From positions 27,900,001 through 27,964,000 of the forward strand of contig NC_073402.1 of assembly GCF_028641065.1 (NCBI RefSeq): DNA of 64,000 nucleotides, written 5' to 3'. Both the position numbers and the translations under genes were made by a program. Source of the DNA: Leucoraja erinacea (taxonomy: Eukaryota). The notes beneath the pieces were generated by a model that was given only the letters and a program-made list of their open reading frames with translations, was not told the origin of the DNA and did not search any database. Shown one piece after another: positions 13,185-25,582 of the stretch; the stretch's first letter is position 1, and each line of letters begins with the position of its first letter.

Positions 13185-14471
13185 GTAAGAAATCCAAACT
13201 TGCTGAATATCAAATTCATTTTGGTGTCATAAAATATAACAGTAATAATGTTAACAAATGTATTAGGGACAATCAGCATGTTGTTTTGATAACTCACTGC
13301 ATAATACGTGCATCAAGATATAGTGGAACGACTGACTGCTCTTCTTTAATGCTGAAGATCTTAAGTGAAATCTTTGGTCTAAATTTGAATTGCAATGTCA
13401 AATTAATGGTTGTTGAAATACTTGTACACCAGGTCCTTTCTGCCTCTCTTTGGAGTTAATATTTTTTCTGCTTGATGTACTGAAGTATTTTGATACTTCA
13501 AATGTTTTGATAATTCCACACAATATTGAAGGAGGCCAGTTTGGCCGATCGGGTTTATGCCAGCTTGCAGAGCAAACACATTCCCTCACTAATTTTCCCT
13601 GTAACCTATTCTGCCTATGTTGCCATCAACCCATCTCGAGATTCTACTGCTTTGTCCACAACAGCAGAGGTAAGGTTTGAACTTGCATCACTAAAGCAGC
13701 CCCATCCAGCAGCTGCCCCACTGTGCTGCCCCACTGTGGTACATTTAGTAATGCACCCATTGCTTTTAAAGTGGAACTCTGGTGCTTGTTTAATACTTAT
13801 TCTTGCTTAATAGAGGTTTGTACTTCTGCAATCAGGAAGGTGCCTCTTGACTGAAGACCTTGACAGTTCTTCCCCCTTTCCTTTACTCAAGTATTTGCTT
13901 TGGTCATAGTTGGAAGCTAAAATAGTTCCTCCACTGATTTGTAAATTCTAGTTCAGATTGACATTCCAATAATTCTATGCAGTGATAATTGTACTTTATT
14001 TGTTGGTATCTTGATTACTGCAGTAAATCAAGTAAAAGCATGAAGGCTAATTGGCATGTTATAGCTTCCGCTAAGAAATACATATAGTTTTGGAATTAAT
14101 TCTTTCCTCAAACTACAATTTGCTCTATATTCACAATATCTAAGAAGAACAGTAAATGGGAGGAGACATAAAACGTAAGGTAACATTAAATGTTACTACA
14201 CAAACTACACAAAAGTTACTTGAATTGTACTTATTGTTTTTTTTGCCTCTACAAAGTTCAGTGTAAACTAACCAGTGACAACTTAAAAGGAATTTAATAT
14301 GTTGCTGCCTCCCAAACCTTGTATTTTTATTTACTGCCAGGCAATTTCAATTAAAATAATAAAACTATTTTTTACATCATAGCGTGAATCCTATTTGATA
14401 TCCATGAATGTGCACAAACATTGCTGATGTAAGTATTGTGACCCAAATCGTCTTCTGATTTTTGACTCTAG

Positions 14472-14570
14472 TGCTACTTCATCCGTGCTGTGTACAAATG
14501 CTACAAGTTTATTAAGGATTTGGAACACGAGAGCAGCTTGGTGGACACGCTCCTTGATCTTCGTGCTCGG
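14472..14570 (+). CDS. LAPTM5: LAPTM-family exon 6
   Basis: Acceptor gactctag; CYFIRAVYKCYKFIKDLEHESSLVDTLLDLRAR matches the LAPTM Y..kcVw.CYr.I motif; donor CGG|GTTGGT. Confidence 0.8.
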
Positions 14571-15382
14571 GTTGGTTTCACTTGAACAATGAGCAGGAAA
14601 TAGATGTATATTAAATATGCTGCCTTCCTTCCTTTGGCTATGGTCAAACCAGAGATTTTAACTGTTTATATTAGAAGCCAAGTATATGGAGATTTTGCCC
14701 ATGAACCATGTGGATGCGTTATCTCTGAACGTCTGCTGATTGTAATGTTATACTGATGGATATTATGAAATTGGTAAGAATTTCTGGTAATACGCATGGT
14801 TACACTGGTGGAGTTTATACTAATTATGTGTACATTTCCAATGGGTCATTATTCTCTCAAATCTTCCCCTTGGAAACTAAAACAGTGAGGTAGATCGGAT
14901 ACCATCACAACTGACTGATCTGTCCTGGTGCAATGTGTTACTCAAGTATCAGGATCGTTGTAGTTAGATTGAATGTTTGTGCAATTTCAAGTTGCGATAA
15001 AGCATGTGTCCACAGCGTCTCTTCACCTTACTCCTTCCCACAGCCCTTTAAAGACATGTAGCCCCGCTATGTTTAGGCGACCCAACACATACTAAATCAG
15101 ATGGGAACTGTGTTGATTACATGGCTCACTCACATATTATGTTAACAGATTTCCAATTATATTATACTTGACCTTTATTACAAGTCTGTAGCATGATACT
15201 GATTTCATTTGCTAAAAGATGTTGGAATTTCTTGGGAACATATGAAGATAACTAATGCCTGTTCATTTAGAGGTTAATCTGTATTTGTTGGACATCGGAA
15301 TTGACTTTCCTTGGTCAAGTATATAGTTTCAGTCTTGAATATATAAATTGTTTTTTTTATTGTTTCTGTGTTTTTCAAATAG

Positions 15383-15420
15383 GAAGGAGTTACACCAACA
15401 CCTAAACCGAAAACTCAATA
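15383..15420 (+). CDS. LAPTM5: Candidate 38-nt cassette exon giving the alternative C-terminus EGVTPTPKPKTQ*
   Basis: Long U-rich tract ending caaatag; donor ATA|GTGAGT; stop is completed as TA|A on joining 15773. Confidence 0.5.
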
Positions 15421-15772
15421 GTGAGTATAGTTTAGTTTAGGCAGTTATAAATTATGCAAATCATCCTTAGAAATAAAAAAACGAGTTGTTGTAAACAATT
15501 TGGGGGTAGATATACAATTGTAGCATATTAACAGATTTGATGTATTCTGTCCAACTGTTTTCTTTGTGTCATTTGAAATGCATTTGCTTCATGGTTCAGT
15601 TAAACCAATCCATAATCATGCTTACGAATTCTATCATTATTTGTTTTGATATGTTGACTATATGAACCTTTTGGAAAAATCTGTTATTTTGTGCATTTGC
15701 CTTAGTTGTTGCATTTTCTCATTTATTTTATTCACTATTATCAGTGTGTAATGAAATGTATTTCTCATTCAG

Positions 15773-15898
15773 ACCCGGCCTCCAGCACATATTATCAAGT
15801 TGCCATTAAATGAGGAGGTTGTAAACAAAACACTAGAAGAATTGCCAATGATGAAGTCTCCATCTTCCGACACAACAATGTATTTAACAGTGGCCTGA
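15773..15898 (+). CDS. LAPTM5: LAPTM-family terminal coding exon
   Basis: Acceptor ttctcattcag; TRPPAHIIKLPLNEEVVNKTLEELPMMKSPSSDTTMYLTVA*; LPLNEE aligns with LPSYEE; ends in a YxxV-type motif. Confidence 0.65.
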   Translation, partial: TRPPAHIIKLPLNEEVVNKTLEELPMMKSPSSDTTMYLTVA

Positions 15899-17671
15899 CA
15901 TGAACATGTGTATGTTCGGTACCTGTGAAAAATGTTAACGTGCAGTATTGCACTGGGTAAAATCTTGAACTTCAAACAGTTTTTTATTTGGGTATAATGG
16001 GTTTTATAATTGTTACATGTGATCGTTGAGAATTTTGTGTTGTATATTATAATCTCAAAACCTACACGTGAGGACATTTTGAATGCTTATGGTTATTGTC
16101 CATTGTACTTGCTAAACACCTAATTCTGATATTGACAGCTATTAGAAACCATACGTGTGTCTGTAAAGTGGCACATTTAATGCTAAAAGTTAAAGCCGAC
16201 TAGTCACACTTTCAGTCCTGGGCCATGAACATCCATTCCTGGGTGCTGCAGGTGTTTTCCAGATAGTTTAAGACCATGCCCATCAAACTAAACAGCAGCC
16301 TGAAAATTCTGAAATAAAATGCAAAACACTGGGATTAATCAGCAGATTCAGCGAGCTATATCCTATGAATTCCAGACTGCAGAGAACAACTCCTTTTAGA
16401 AAAGGAATCAACAGGTCATCAGGAATGAATTATAAGCGGATAATAACCACACATTTCAAGTTTTCTCCCTCTTCCGGTACTAATACAATGGTTTTTTTCT
16501 CCTATAGTGGTTCCGTTTGAGCTGAGAAAGATCCATTTCCCATTATGTTTTTCTTTATCTACTACTTTTTATTTACCATACCTACTGACACCAAAGTATA
16601 GTCATCAGATGATGGCCACAACTCAGGAATGATTTCCTAGCAGCTTGGAATGTTGCAGTTGACTAAAAAAATAATTACAGCCTAATTCAACAACTATTAA
16701 GATTTTTAAACAATCATTTTCTCATGGACTAATATGCAATTTGTGGAATACTGGAGAAGCACCTGAATCATAATGTATAGCACAAGCTGCTTTATCTGCC
16801 TCCAGTACTGTCATACGTTACTCAGACAGAAAGGGTTTGCATGTTTGCCTGTATCAGACTTTGATTGTAGAAGTTTGAAGCTTCAGTGGATTTTTGTCCA
16901 GTCTCAATAAGTCCACCAATTGAGCGACGACACAACAGAACCCATTTGTCATGCGAGCTCCCTGTTTGCGGGACTTAGTAAGCAGATTTCAATCGGCTAG
17001 TTGAGAGAAAAAGCAGAACTTAAATATTGTAATCCTTTATTCAAAATAACAAAGTTGCTCATGTTTGAAATCACAATTGGCTACCAAATATTTGATCCAT
17101 GATGACCACCTGAGAAAGGCATCTAGATGTCTTTCTGCTAATTAGTTAGAATTTGAGCTTAAATAACATCTTCAAACATATTTGATTTTTGTCACTATTT
17201 ACGAAAGCTTCACGTGCTTTCAATACTTATCACAATTTTCTGACTAAATTTAGTTTTAAACCTTGGAATCCATAGCTTAAGTATTTAATTATTTTCTATT
17301 TATTACCCATAATTTTCTCTTTCTATAATATGTGCTTTAAGTAAAGTTCCTTGTTTATCAGTGGAATGGACCATTTAAAAGGAACATTGGCTTGATTATT
17401 ATTTTTTAATTGTTCAAACTACACAACTTGAGAAAAGATAGGGAAGCATTGAAGTGGCGAGATGTAAATGTGCCCTTTTAAATTTGACTGTAAAATTGTA
17501 CAAATAGAATATAATCTTTCTTGGTATATTTGTAGCTTTCTATATCATTTTGAAATCTGTGGTACTATATGTTATGGCTGAACTGTGGCAATTGCAGTTG
17601 TCCTCGCATTTAGTGCAATCAGTAACAAATCATCTGTTTTAGCTGGTTCTTCTGTACAATGAGCTTATTTA

Positions 17672-17677
17672 AATAAA
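17672..17677 (+). terminator. Candidate poly(A) signal of the LAPTM gene
   Basis: AATAAA in AU-rich downstream sequence; alternatives at 16313-16318 and 18058-18063. Confidence 0.35.
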
Positions 17678-17796
17678 TTATACAAGCAATACAAATTGTT
17701 TTGAGTTGTGCAAAAATCCGTTATGTTGGAAACTTGTAGTTGATGAAAAAGCTGTATGTACAAAATGCACAATCTGCACATTTATATTATTCCTGT

Positions 17797-18035
17797 TTAG
17801 AAAGGAACTGCAGATACAGTTTAAACTGAAGATAAACACAAAATGCTGAAGTAACTCAGCGGGACAGGCAGCATCTCTGGAGAAAAGGAATAGGTGACGT
17901 TTCAGGTCGAGACTCTTCTTCAGACTGAGGGACTCTCAGTCTGAAGAAGGGTCTCGACCCAAGACATCATCTATTCCTTTTCTCCAGAGATGCTGTCTGA
18001 CCAACTGAGTTATTCCAGCATTTTGTGTCTATCTT
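17797..18035. mobile_element. Inverted pair of Penelope end fragments
   Basis: AAGGAACTGCAGAT...CTTCTTCAGACTGAG followed by its reverse complement CTCAGTCTGAAGAAG...GTGTCTATCTT. Confidence 0.75.
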
Positions 18036-19289
18036 ACATTATTCCTGTGTTACTGAAAATAAAACGATTTAAATTGTATGGCATTATCTGACAAGCTGTT
18101 TAGCCTGTCACAAATTTTTGTAAGAAAATGTAGTTATTAGTAGTCTGAGACCCTTTAATATTTTAAATACCTTTTACAGTTACATTATTTTTGAATGTCT
18201 GGTTTGGTTGCATTCACATATCTGTGGAGGAAACTCCACTCTAAATTACATCAGGTTTTAATCAGTGATTTAATTTCCCTAATTTCTGTTCAAAGTCATT
18301 TTCATCGTTGTTATGGTTTTTGAAATGTGCAACTCCTCCGGTATATGTAGCTGTGTCATTGCTTCAGTTTATTCATTATACTTGACATCTGTCAAAATTG
18401 GCGCAGGTTTTAAATAAAATAGGTACCATAGTGATTACAAAAATCCACCAGCAGTACGTTTGACAATGACGAGATGTGCAACCTTCTAAAAGAGGGGAAA
18501 GATTGCAATTTAATTAGAAAATATAAGGTTTCCATCACATTTACTTTGCTTGATGATTAATTATTTGCTTCATGCATTCAGAATTAAACTGAGAACCGTG
18601 TTTGTTCTTGGCTTTTCCTTGCTGCCAACTTGCATATTGCCTTTTGAAATTTAATGTATCCACCCACCTGGATACCTTTCATTTGCCTGGTTTATTGGAT
18701 GTATGTAGTGCCAAGACCTGGTTATGTTCCAACCAACAACTTTATGCAGTCAACAAAGAGCTGTTATACGTTATGGTAACCCAGGTTACCCTGATCCTCT
18801 ATCAGGGACTTGAAGTGGTCTGGAATTGTACTGAATTCAAAGATGAGATGGGATGAGCGAGTCTGCTGGAAGGAGCTTCTAGAGTACTTATCTGAATGTT
18901 TTCAGTTATCATATCAGGATGACTAATGTAGCAACTCTGTCACTGCAATGTAACTGTACCCCATGCTGGTATCCTTGTCTACCTTATGTCTGAGCTCTAG
19001 GGAGAGGTTGGGTAGGCTCACAATGTTATTTTATTGCAGCGCAGAAGGCTGAGGGGATGTGTATAAAATCATGAGTTGAATGCAGTTTTTCCAGGGGATG
19101 GGAATCAAGAACTAGAGGGCATAGGTTTTAGGTGAGAAGGGAAAGATTTAATATAAAGTTAACAGGTAACCTTTTCAAACTAGGCGGTGAGTATATGGAT
19201 CAATCTACTCAAAATAGTCAAGGCAAGTACAATAAAAAATGTTTAAGACATTTGTAAAGATACCTGGGTAGGAAGGGTTTAGTTATTTA

Positions 19290-19585
19290 GTTTTAGAAAT
19301 ACAGCAAGGAAACAGGCTGTTTGGCCGACCATCGATCACCCGTTCACACTAGTTCTATCTTATCCCATTTTCTCATCAACACTGACACACTAGGGGCAAC
19401 TTTCAGAGGCCAATTAACCATCAAACGGGTATGTCTTTGAGATGTGAAAGGAAGCAGGGGCACCCGGAGCAAAGCCACGCGGTCACAGAGAGAATGTCTA
19501 AACTACACACAGACAGCACCTGAGGTCAGGATCAAACCCAGGTCTCTGGCACTATTGAGGAAGCAGCTCTACCAGCTGTGCCACC
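19290..19585 (-). mobile_element. V-SINE (HE1-like)
   Basis: Reverse complement of the tRNA-like head plus central V-domain seen at 32912-33190. Confidence 0.7.
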
Positions 19586-20969
19586 TTTTATAAAGATATG
19601 GGTCAAACGCACGCAAGCTTAGCTTAGATGGGACATCTTGGTCAGCATGGACGTTGGATTGAAGGGCCAGATTCTGTGCTGTATTTAACCCTCTGCTATC
19701 AAAAGCTGCCATCGCCTTTGCATTCAGCCAACGAATCAATTTTCTGCAATAGAAGGTGCAGTTGTTGGAAACATGAAACTCTGAGATCGTTTGATCAATT
19801 ATACATTTGCAAACACAGGAAATTCAGGCACCTGCACTTAAACCACTCTTCCCCCAGACCTTAAAGCATGCCATTTAAGAAGCCATTTTTCATGCAGACC
19901 ATTTTGCATAGATGAAGATCTGTTGTAAAATGAATTTTTGGAAAAGTACCAGAGTAAGTAAATATTTACTAAGTCGGAGTTTGTTCCTGCGATAATCAGT
20001 AGTAGTCCCCTACTGCTGGATATAAAGCAGTGTGCTGTTTGCCTTGGGGGTTTGTAACATTTCACGGAATATTTTCTGAAATTGCGTTTGCAAGTGTTCC
20101 AAAATTTGTGTGTGTGGGGTGGGGAAGAAGGGTCAAATATTTCAAGATTTTGTCCACCACATTTAGAAGTCCGAATACAGCTACAAGTTACAAACCCGTT
20201 ACATGTCCATGCCACAAAAAGGGTAGAGAGACACGGGAGAAGATGCAAATAGTTTTCGCAGGGTGTTGGAAGCCAGCGTGTTTAGCTACTGGATGGGGCG
20301 GAAAGCCGAGCGACGCCAGAGTGCCTTCAAAGTCAATGCTTCGGCATCAGCTGGTGGGGTCCAAAACTAACGGCCATAAACGATAATACGTTTCGTAATT
20401 TAATGATAAATTTGGGAGATAATTTTTCCCTGCTCCTTGAGAATGGAGAACGAGTGAATAAACTATCAAAAGTTACCGAACGCCACCCATTCCTTCTCTC
20501 CAGAGATGCTGCCTGTCCCGCTGAGTTACTCCAGCATTTTGTGTCTATCTTCGAGAATTCACACAGATCCTGCACCGGGACTGAAAAGATATTCAGCGAG
20601 GTTAGATAAAATAGGGCGGGAGAATGGATATTCCCGAGTAATCCATGTCCCGACGCAGACACCGAGGGTCGAATGTTTCGTTTCCAAGGCTGTTCGTTGT
20701 TAAATTTCGATGATTAAAGGGAAATTATTTTTTTTAAACAGTTTTGAAGCCGATGGTGATTTATCAGGCCACGTGGTCCTGACCTTTAACAATCTCCGCC
20801 TCTTATTTAAGGCGCTTATTGGAGGGGTGGCAAAGCAATAGGTCAGGTTGCCTTCCGTGCAAGATCAGAATCAGATCCGATTCAGAATGGGGAAGGGGAA
20901 GCAGGGGAAGGTACATTTTAAGCAGAGAAACGTTTTGATTTACCAATGTTTGTGCCGTTCTCCATAGGT

Positions 20970-21015
20970 ATTCAGACCATCCTAGAGGAGCTCCTCTATA
21001 ATCTTTGATTCAGAC
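20970..21015. mobile_element. 30-bp insert of the same family with 8-bp TSD
   Basis: ATTCAGAC + CATCCTAGAGGAGCTCCTCTATAATCTTTG (20978-21007) + ATTCAGAC. Confidence 0.75.
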
Positions 21016-22939
21016 CAGTAAATATGTCTCCGGACGAAGAAGGGTCTCGACCCGAAACGTCACCTATTCCTTCTCTCAAGCAAGAATCTCATTTGTCCTA
21101 TCTGGGACACATGACAATAAAAGTCTATTGACTCTCCAGAGATGCTGCCTGCCCCGCTGAGTTACTCCAGCATGTTGTGTCTACCTTCCGGTAAATTCTG
21201 TTGTCAATCCCTTTACTCCGACATATCTAGAGAACATCCCATAAGATCTGGAATGCAGTCACATAATTTGGGTTAACCCAATCTGGGCGAAATGTGGATG
21301 TGGCTACAAGATTTTTCAAAATATTGAATATGATTTATGAATGGAGGGGAGGCTGCATAGCGAAGGGTGAGGTTCCCGGAATGGGTTGAGTGAAGTGTGC
21401 AAGAAAGAACTGCAGATGATCAGCCATGATCACAATGAATGGCGGTGCTGGCTCGAAGGGCCGAATGGCCTCCTCCTGCACCTTTTTTTCTATGCTGGTT
21501 TAAACCGAAGATAGACACAAAATGCTGGAGTCACTCAGCGGGACTGGCAGCATCTCCGGAGTGAAGGAACGGGTGACATTTCGGGTCGAGACCCTTCTTC
21601 TGATGGTCTGTGCCGCGATGGAGAGATGGGGTGGAGAAAGTGAAAGATGCTTTTAAAAAAAAAAAGCAACATCGCTTCTGAGCTCCGCGATCCTGAGTTT
21701 AAATTTTAAAAAAGTCCTCGGGGAAATCCTCAGGGCTGGTTGAATCGGCAGCACTTACAAGGGCAGTGTTGAAAAGTTGCCGGTTCACTGACGTTCGTTC
21801 AGCTCAAAAAATCACCCAGACCCAAAATATTCAATCATTCAGAAGAAAGACACTAAAAGCTGGAGTAACAACTCACCTGGAGAGAAGGAGCGGGTGACCT
21901 TTCGGATGTGTGTGTATATATTTATACAATGGTATATGGACACACTGATCTGTTCTTCATTCATGCCTTCTATATTCTGTTGTGCTGAAGCAAGGCATGA
22001 ATTTAATTGTCCCGTTTCGGGACGAAATGTTGCCTATTTCCTTCGCTCCATAGACGCTGCTGCACCCGCTGAGTTTCTCCAGCACTTTTGTCTACCTTCA
22101 ATTTTCCAGCATCTGCAGTTCCTTCATAAACAACTGTTTAATCCAGCATCTCTTCGGTTTAAACCTGCAATTCCTTTTCCACATTCAGTCATTCAAATTC
22201 CGTATTCAACCCTAGTGTAGATTCGCGTTAATTTTCTACTGCTGGGAACGAGCAGGGTGGAATTAGTGGGGCATATTTAATGAGAATAAAACCTGCAAAA
22301 AGAGCTGAGAAAAGGCTTCAAAGGCGTAATTCTGAGAGTGTTTAAGAAGGAACTGCAGATGCTGGAAAATCGAAGGCAGACAAAAACGCTGGAGAAACTC
22401 AGCGGGGGTGCAGCAGCATCTATGGAGCGAAGGAGAAAGGCAACGTTTCGGGTCTGAAGAAAGGGTTTCGGCCCGAAATGTTGCCTATCTCCTTCGCTCC
22501 ACAGATGCTGCTGCACCCGCTGAGTTTCTCCAGCATTTTTGTCTACATTCTGAGACAGTGAGTGAGTGGCTGATTTAAAATCTTCACGGTGGTGAGAGGC
22601 GGGAGTGGTCAGATCCCAGCACGGTTGACTGAGATACGATATGTGTGTGTGTGTGTGTGTCAACTGGGAACTGCTACATATCTACGCGTAACACTAAACA
22701 AAGGTCTTGAGAAATCAAACGGCGTTTACAAAACTTTAACAAAAATAATTTCTCTCGTATGACAGGTACGGCTTCGAATGTCAGGCGAGGTGATGTAAAT
22801 TCAGTCAGTCCAATATGCTCTTGACCTTCTATCCACGGCTCTCGCCTGCTTTAAGTCTGCACGTCTCCCTGGCACGATTAACCCTCCCCTATCTGTAAAC
22901 CGCGGCAACCCAGGGGACCGGGGTTTTTTTTTTTAAATC

Positions 22940-23103
22940 AAAGAGTTGAATTTCAACGCGTTTCCTGGAACTCTTTTATAATGTCTTTCACACGTGTTCG
23001 GCTGCGTTGCAGTCTCTGCAAGGGGTAGAGTGTTAATACCTGGAGTCGGTGGCGCTCCCTGCCACACTGCAGCCTGCACTCTCACAACAACTCGCTGGAC
23101 AAG
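22940..23103 (+). promoter_or_regulatory. Putative MATN1 core promoter and 5' UTR
   Basis: TATA-like TTTTATAAT from about 22974, roughly 125 nt upstream of the ATG; STAT-type TTCCTGGAA at 22962-22970. Motif-only evidence. Confidence 0.35.
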
Positions 23104-23206
23104 ATGATGGGACTTTGCACTGGACTGCTCCTGTCTGCCTTACTCCTCGTTCAGGTCAATGGGGTGCCTAAACCTAAAGTAAAACCCGGTCCACAGACTC
23201 CAGCCG
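23104..23206 (+). CDS. MATN1: Matrilin-1 exon 1 (signal peptide)
   Basis: MMGLCTGLLLSALLLVQVNG hydrophobic signal, then VPKPKVKPGPQTPA; donor CCG|GTAAGA, phase 1 matches exon 2. Confidence 0.85.
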
Positions 23207-25289
23207 GTAAGAAGATACATTTATATACTCTTGATGAAAACAAAAGTTATTCCACCTTTTTTTTTAAATCAGTTTCTTATACTTTCGAACCCTCCCGCCC
23301 ATAAAGTACAACAAGTATGTTTCATCAGTTACTTATCCTTTAGAATTTCCCCGCCCATACAGTATGTACCATCAACTTATAATTTAGAACTCTCCCGCCC
23401 ATAAGGTAGATTAAGTATAAATTTCATGTCTCTTACTCTTTAGATATCTCCTGCCCAAATGACCAGTGTTAATGCATTTTTTCCAACATGTACTTAAGGA
23501 ATTTCACCTGTTTTAAGGAGTTGTTTGCATCCAAATCAATATTGAGTGAAATAGCACAACTCATGATATAATTTCAATATTATTCTGACATTATGAACGA
23601 TATTGACTGTTCGTGTTATCTTTTGTTCAAGATCTTCAGATTATTCATCCTGCAGATTACATGTATTAGTTCAGGAGTTATAATTGGACATCCCAGTGCT
23701 GCCATGGTTACTTGCTGAAGGAACACCTAGACTTTAGCAACGTCTTTAATTGTATTTGGCATTTAAACCCCAAGTGACGAGGGAGGCAACCATTCTAACT
23801 GGTCAAACCATAAATAATGTTAATGGTGTAACAACTGGACTAGGTTAGTGCTAAGAAATGCGAGCTAATTTTCCACAGTCTTATTGATAATAATACATCA
23901 TTGCAGAAAACACTTACATAGGACATGCATTAAACATTGTGAACATCAATATTGCAACATAAAAATTCCAAGATGCATTGTAACGAAAGAGCCATCATCC
24001 AAACATGACATTGACCAGGTATGAAACCAGGGAAATTTCATATCGATACAAGGAACTGCAGATGCTGGTTTACAAGAAAAGGCACAAAGTACTGGAGTAA
24101 CTCAGGGGGTCAGGCAGCATCTCTGAAGAACACAGATAGTGATGGTTCAGGATGGGACTCTTCTTCAGACTGATTGTAGGGGGGGTGGGGCGGGGAAGAA
24201 AGCTGAAATAAATTCCATGTGTCTGACGTACTATAATAAACAAATTATTCCCCTATTTCAGTATCAGGAGCATCCTCAAAATAACCATTTTGATGCTGTG
24301 GGACAATGGGTTTGTGGAGGGAAAATATCAATGGAAATTCTCTTTGCATATCCACCACTTTGTTGGTTATATAGACTATTAGATGGGGATTGGTCGTGTT
24401 GCAGCGTATGCCAGCGTTATCGTAGTTGCCTTGTAAATATTTACAGACAATAAAATGAATATTAGGTTTCAGCTGCTAACATCTTCAGTGTTCCACATTT
24501 CATTATGTACTTCTGTGTGATCGTGTCACCCGAATGTTGTGAATGCCTTTCGCAGTCCATCTGTGCTATAATGTATCCGGCTCCGATCACTTTGCCAAAT
24601 GATTGATCAGTGTCTGTGTTTTTCATGCTTCTTGGCGTTTCACCCCAGCCTGCAAGCAACAGATTATTATGTCACAACGATAAATGATTTACAGTTGATG
24701 GGATTGGAAGTGAAAAGTTGTACTTGACCCTTCTAAGAGTACTCATTGAAAGCAGCCTCACTTCTGTTGGGAACTGGTCACCCTACTTTGTTCAATTGTC
24801 TCTATGGAATTCAATGTGTATGATTGCAGGGTTTTGGAATAGATTGCAAAGACGATGCTATCTGTTGAAAAGTAAAGCCTAACTTTTTAAATGCTGTTAT
24901 TATCTTTGTGGTTGTTGAGAGTAGTGTTATTACAATGCAGCTGAGACACATTGGGTTCAGTTCAGACTACTGTTGACTTAGCCAATTCTACATGGTTGGT
25001 AGGAATACTTCATTTGACCACCGTATCCATTGGAGAAAATAACTGCAGTGACCCCTACTGGAAGGTAGTGAGGGGGATTGGGTGGCATTGGCTCCAGCCC
25101 TGTCCTAATAATGGTCGGCTGTTCCAATTCCAAGAATGTCCCATGGACAGAGGGGTCCCATAGTGCTACTGCATCTCAATAAAGCATTCAGGCTGAGGAA
25201 GTGGGAATTTTCAATGAAAAAATACCTGTGTTAAAAACAGCATTTGTACCATTCATAAATGAGTGATAGGAACATAAGCATTTAGAGGT

Positions 25290-25582
25290 ACAATACAATA
25301 CAATTTATTTGTTGTCATTTGAACCCAGAGGTTCAAACAAAATTTGGTTTCTGCTGTCATACAAACAAGAAGAAGAACCAAGACACAACACAATTTACAC
25401 AAACATCCATCACAGCGAATCTCCTCCTCACTGTGATGGAAGGCAAAGTCTTATCTCTCCCCTGCACTCCTCGTTCTCCTCCCGATGTCAGAGTCAAAGC
25501 CCCTGGCGGGCGATGGTAAATAAGTCCCGCGGCAATTATAAAGCCGCGCCGGGTGATACAAGGTCGCGCTCCGGGTCTTGGT
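25290..25582 (-). mobile_element. Non-LTR retroelement 3' fragment with (ATTGT)n tail
   Basis: TACAA repeats next to TTTATT (AATAAA on the minus strand); GGTACA on both flanks. Confidence 0.5.

Noticed and set aside
24460-24700. Non-repetitive intronic block in MATN1 intron 1 as a snoRNA or exon
   Set aside because: No convincing C/D or H/ACA box arrangement and no suitable splice-site pair; an enhancer role cannot be judged without alignments.
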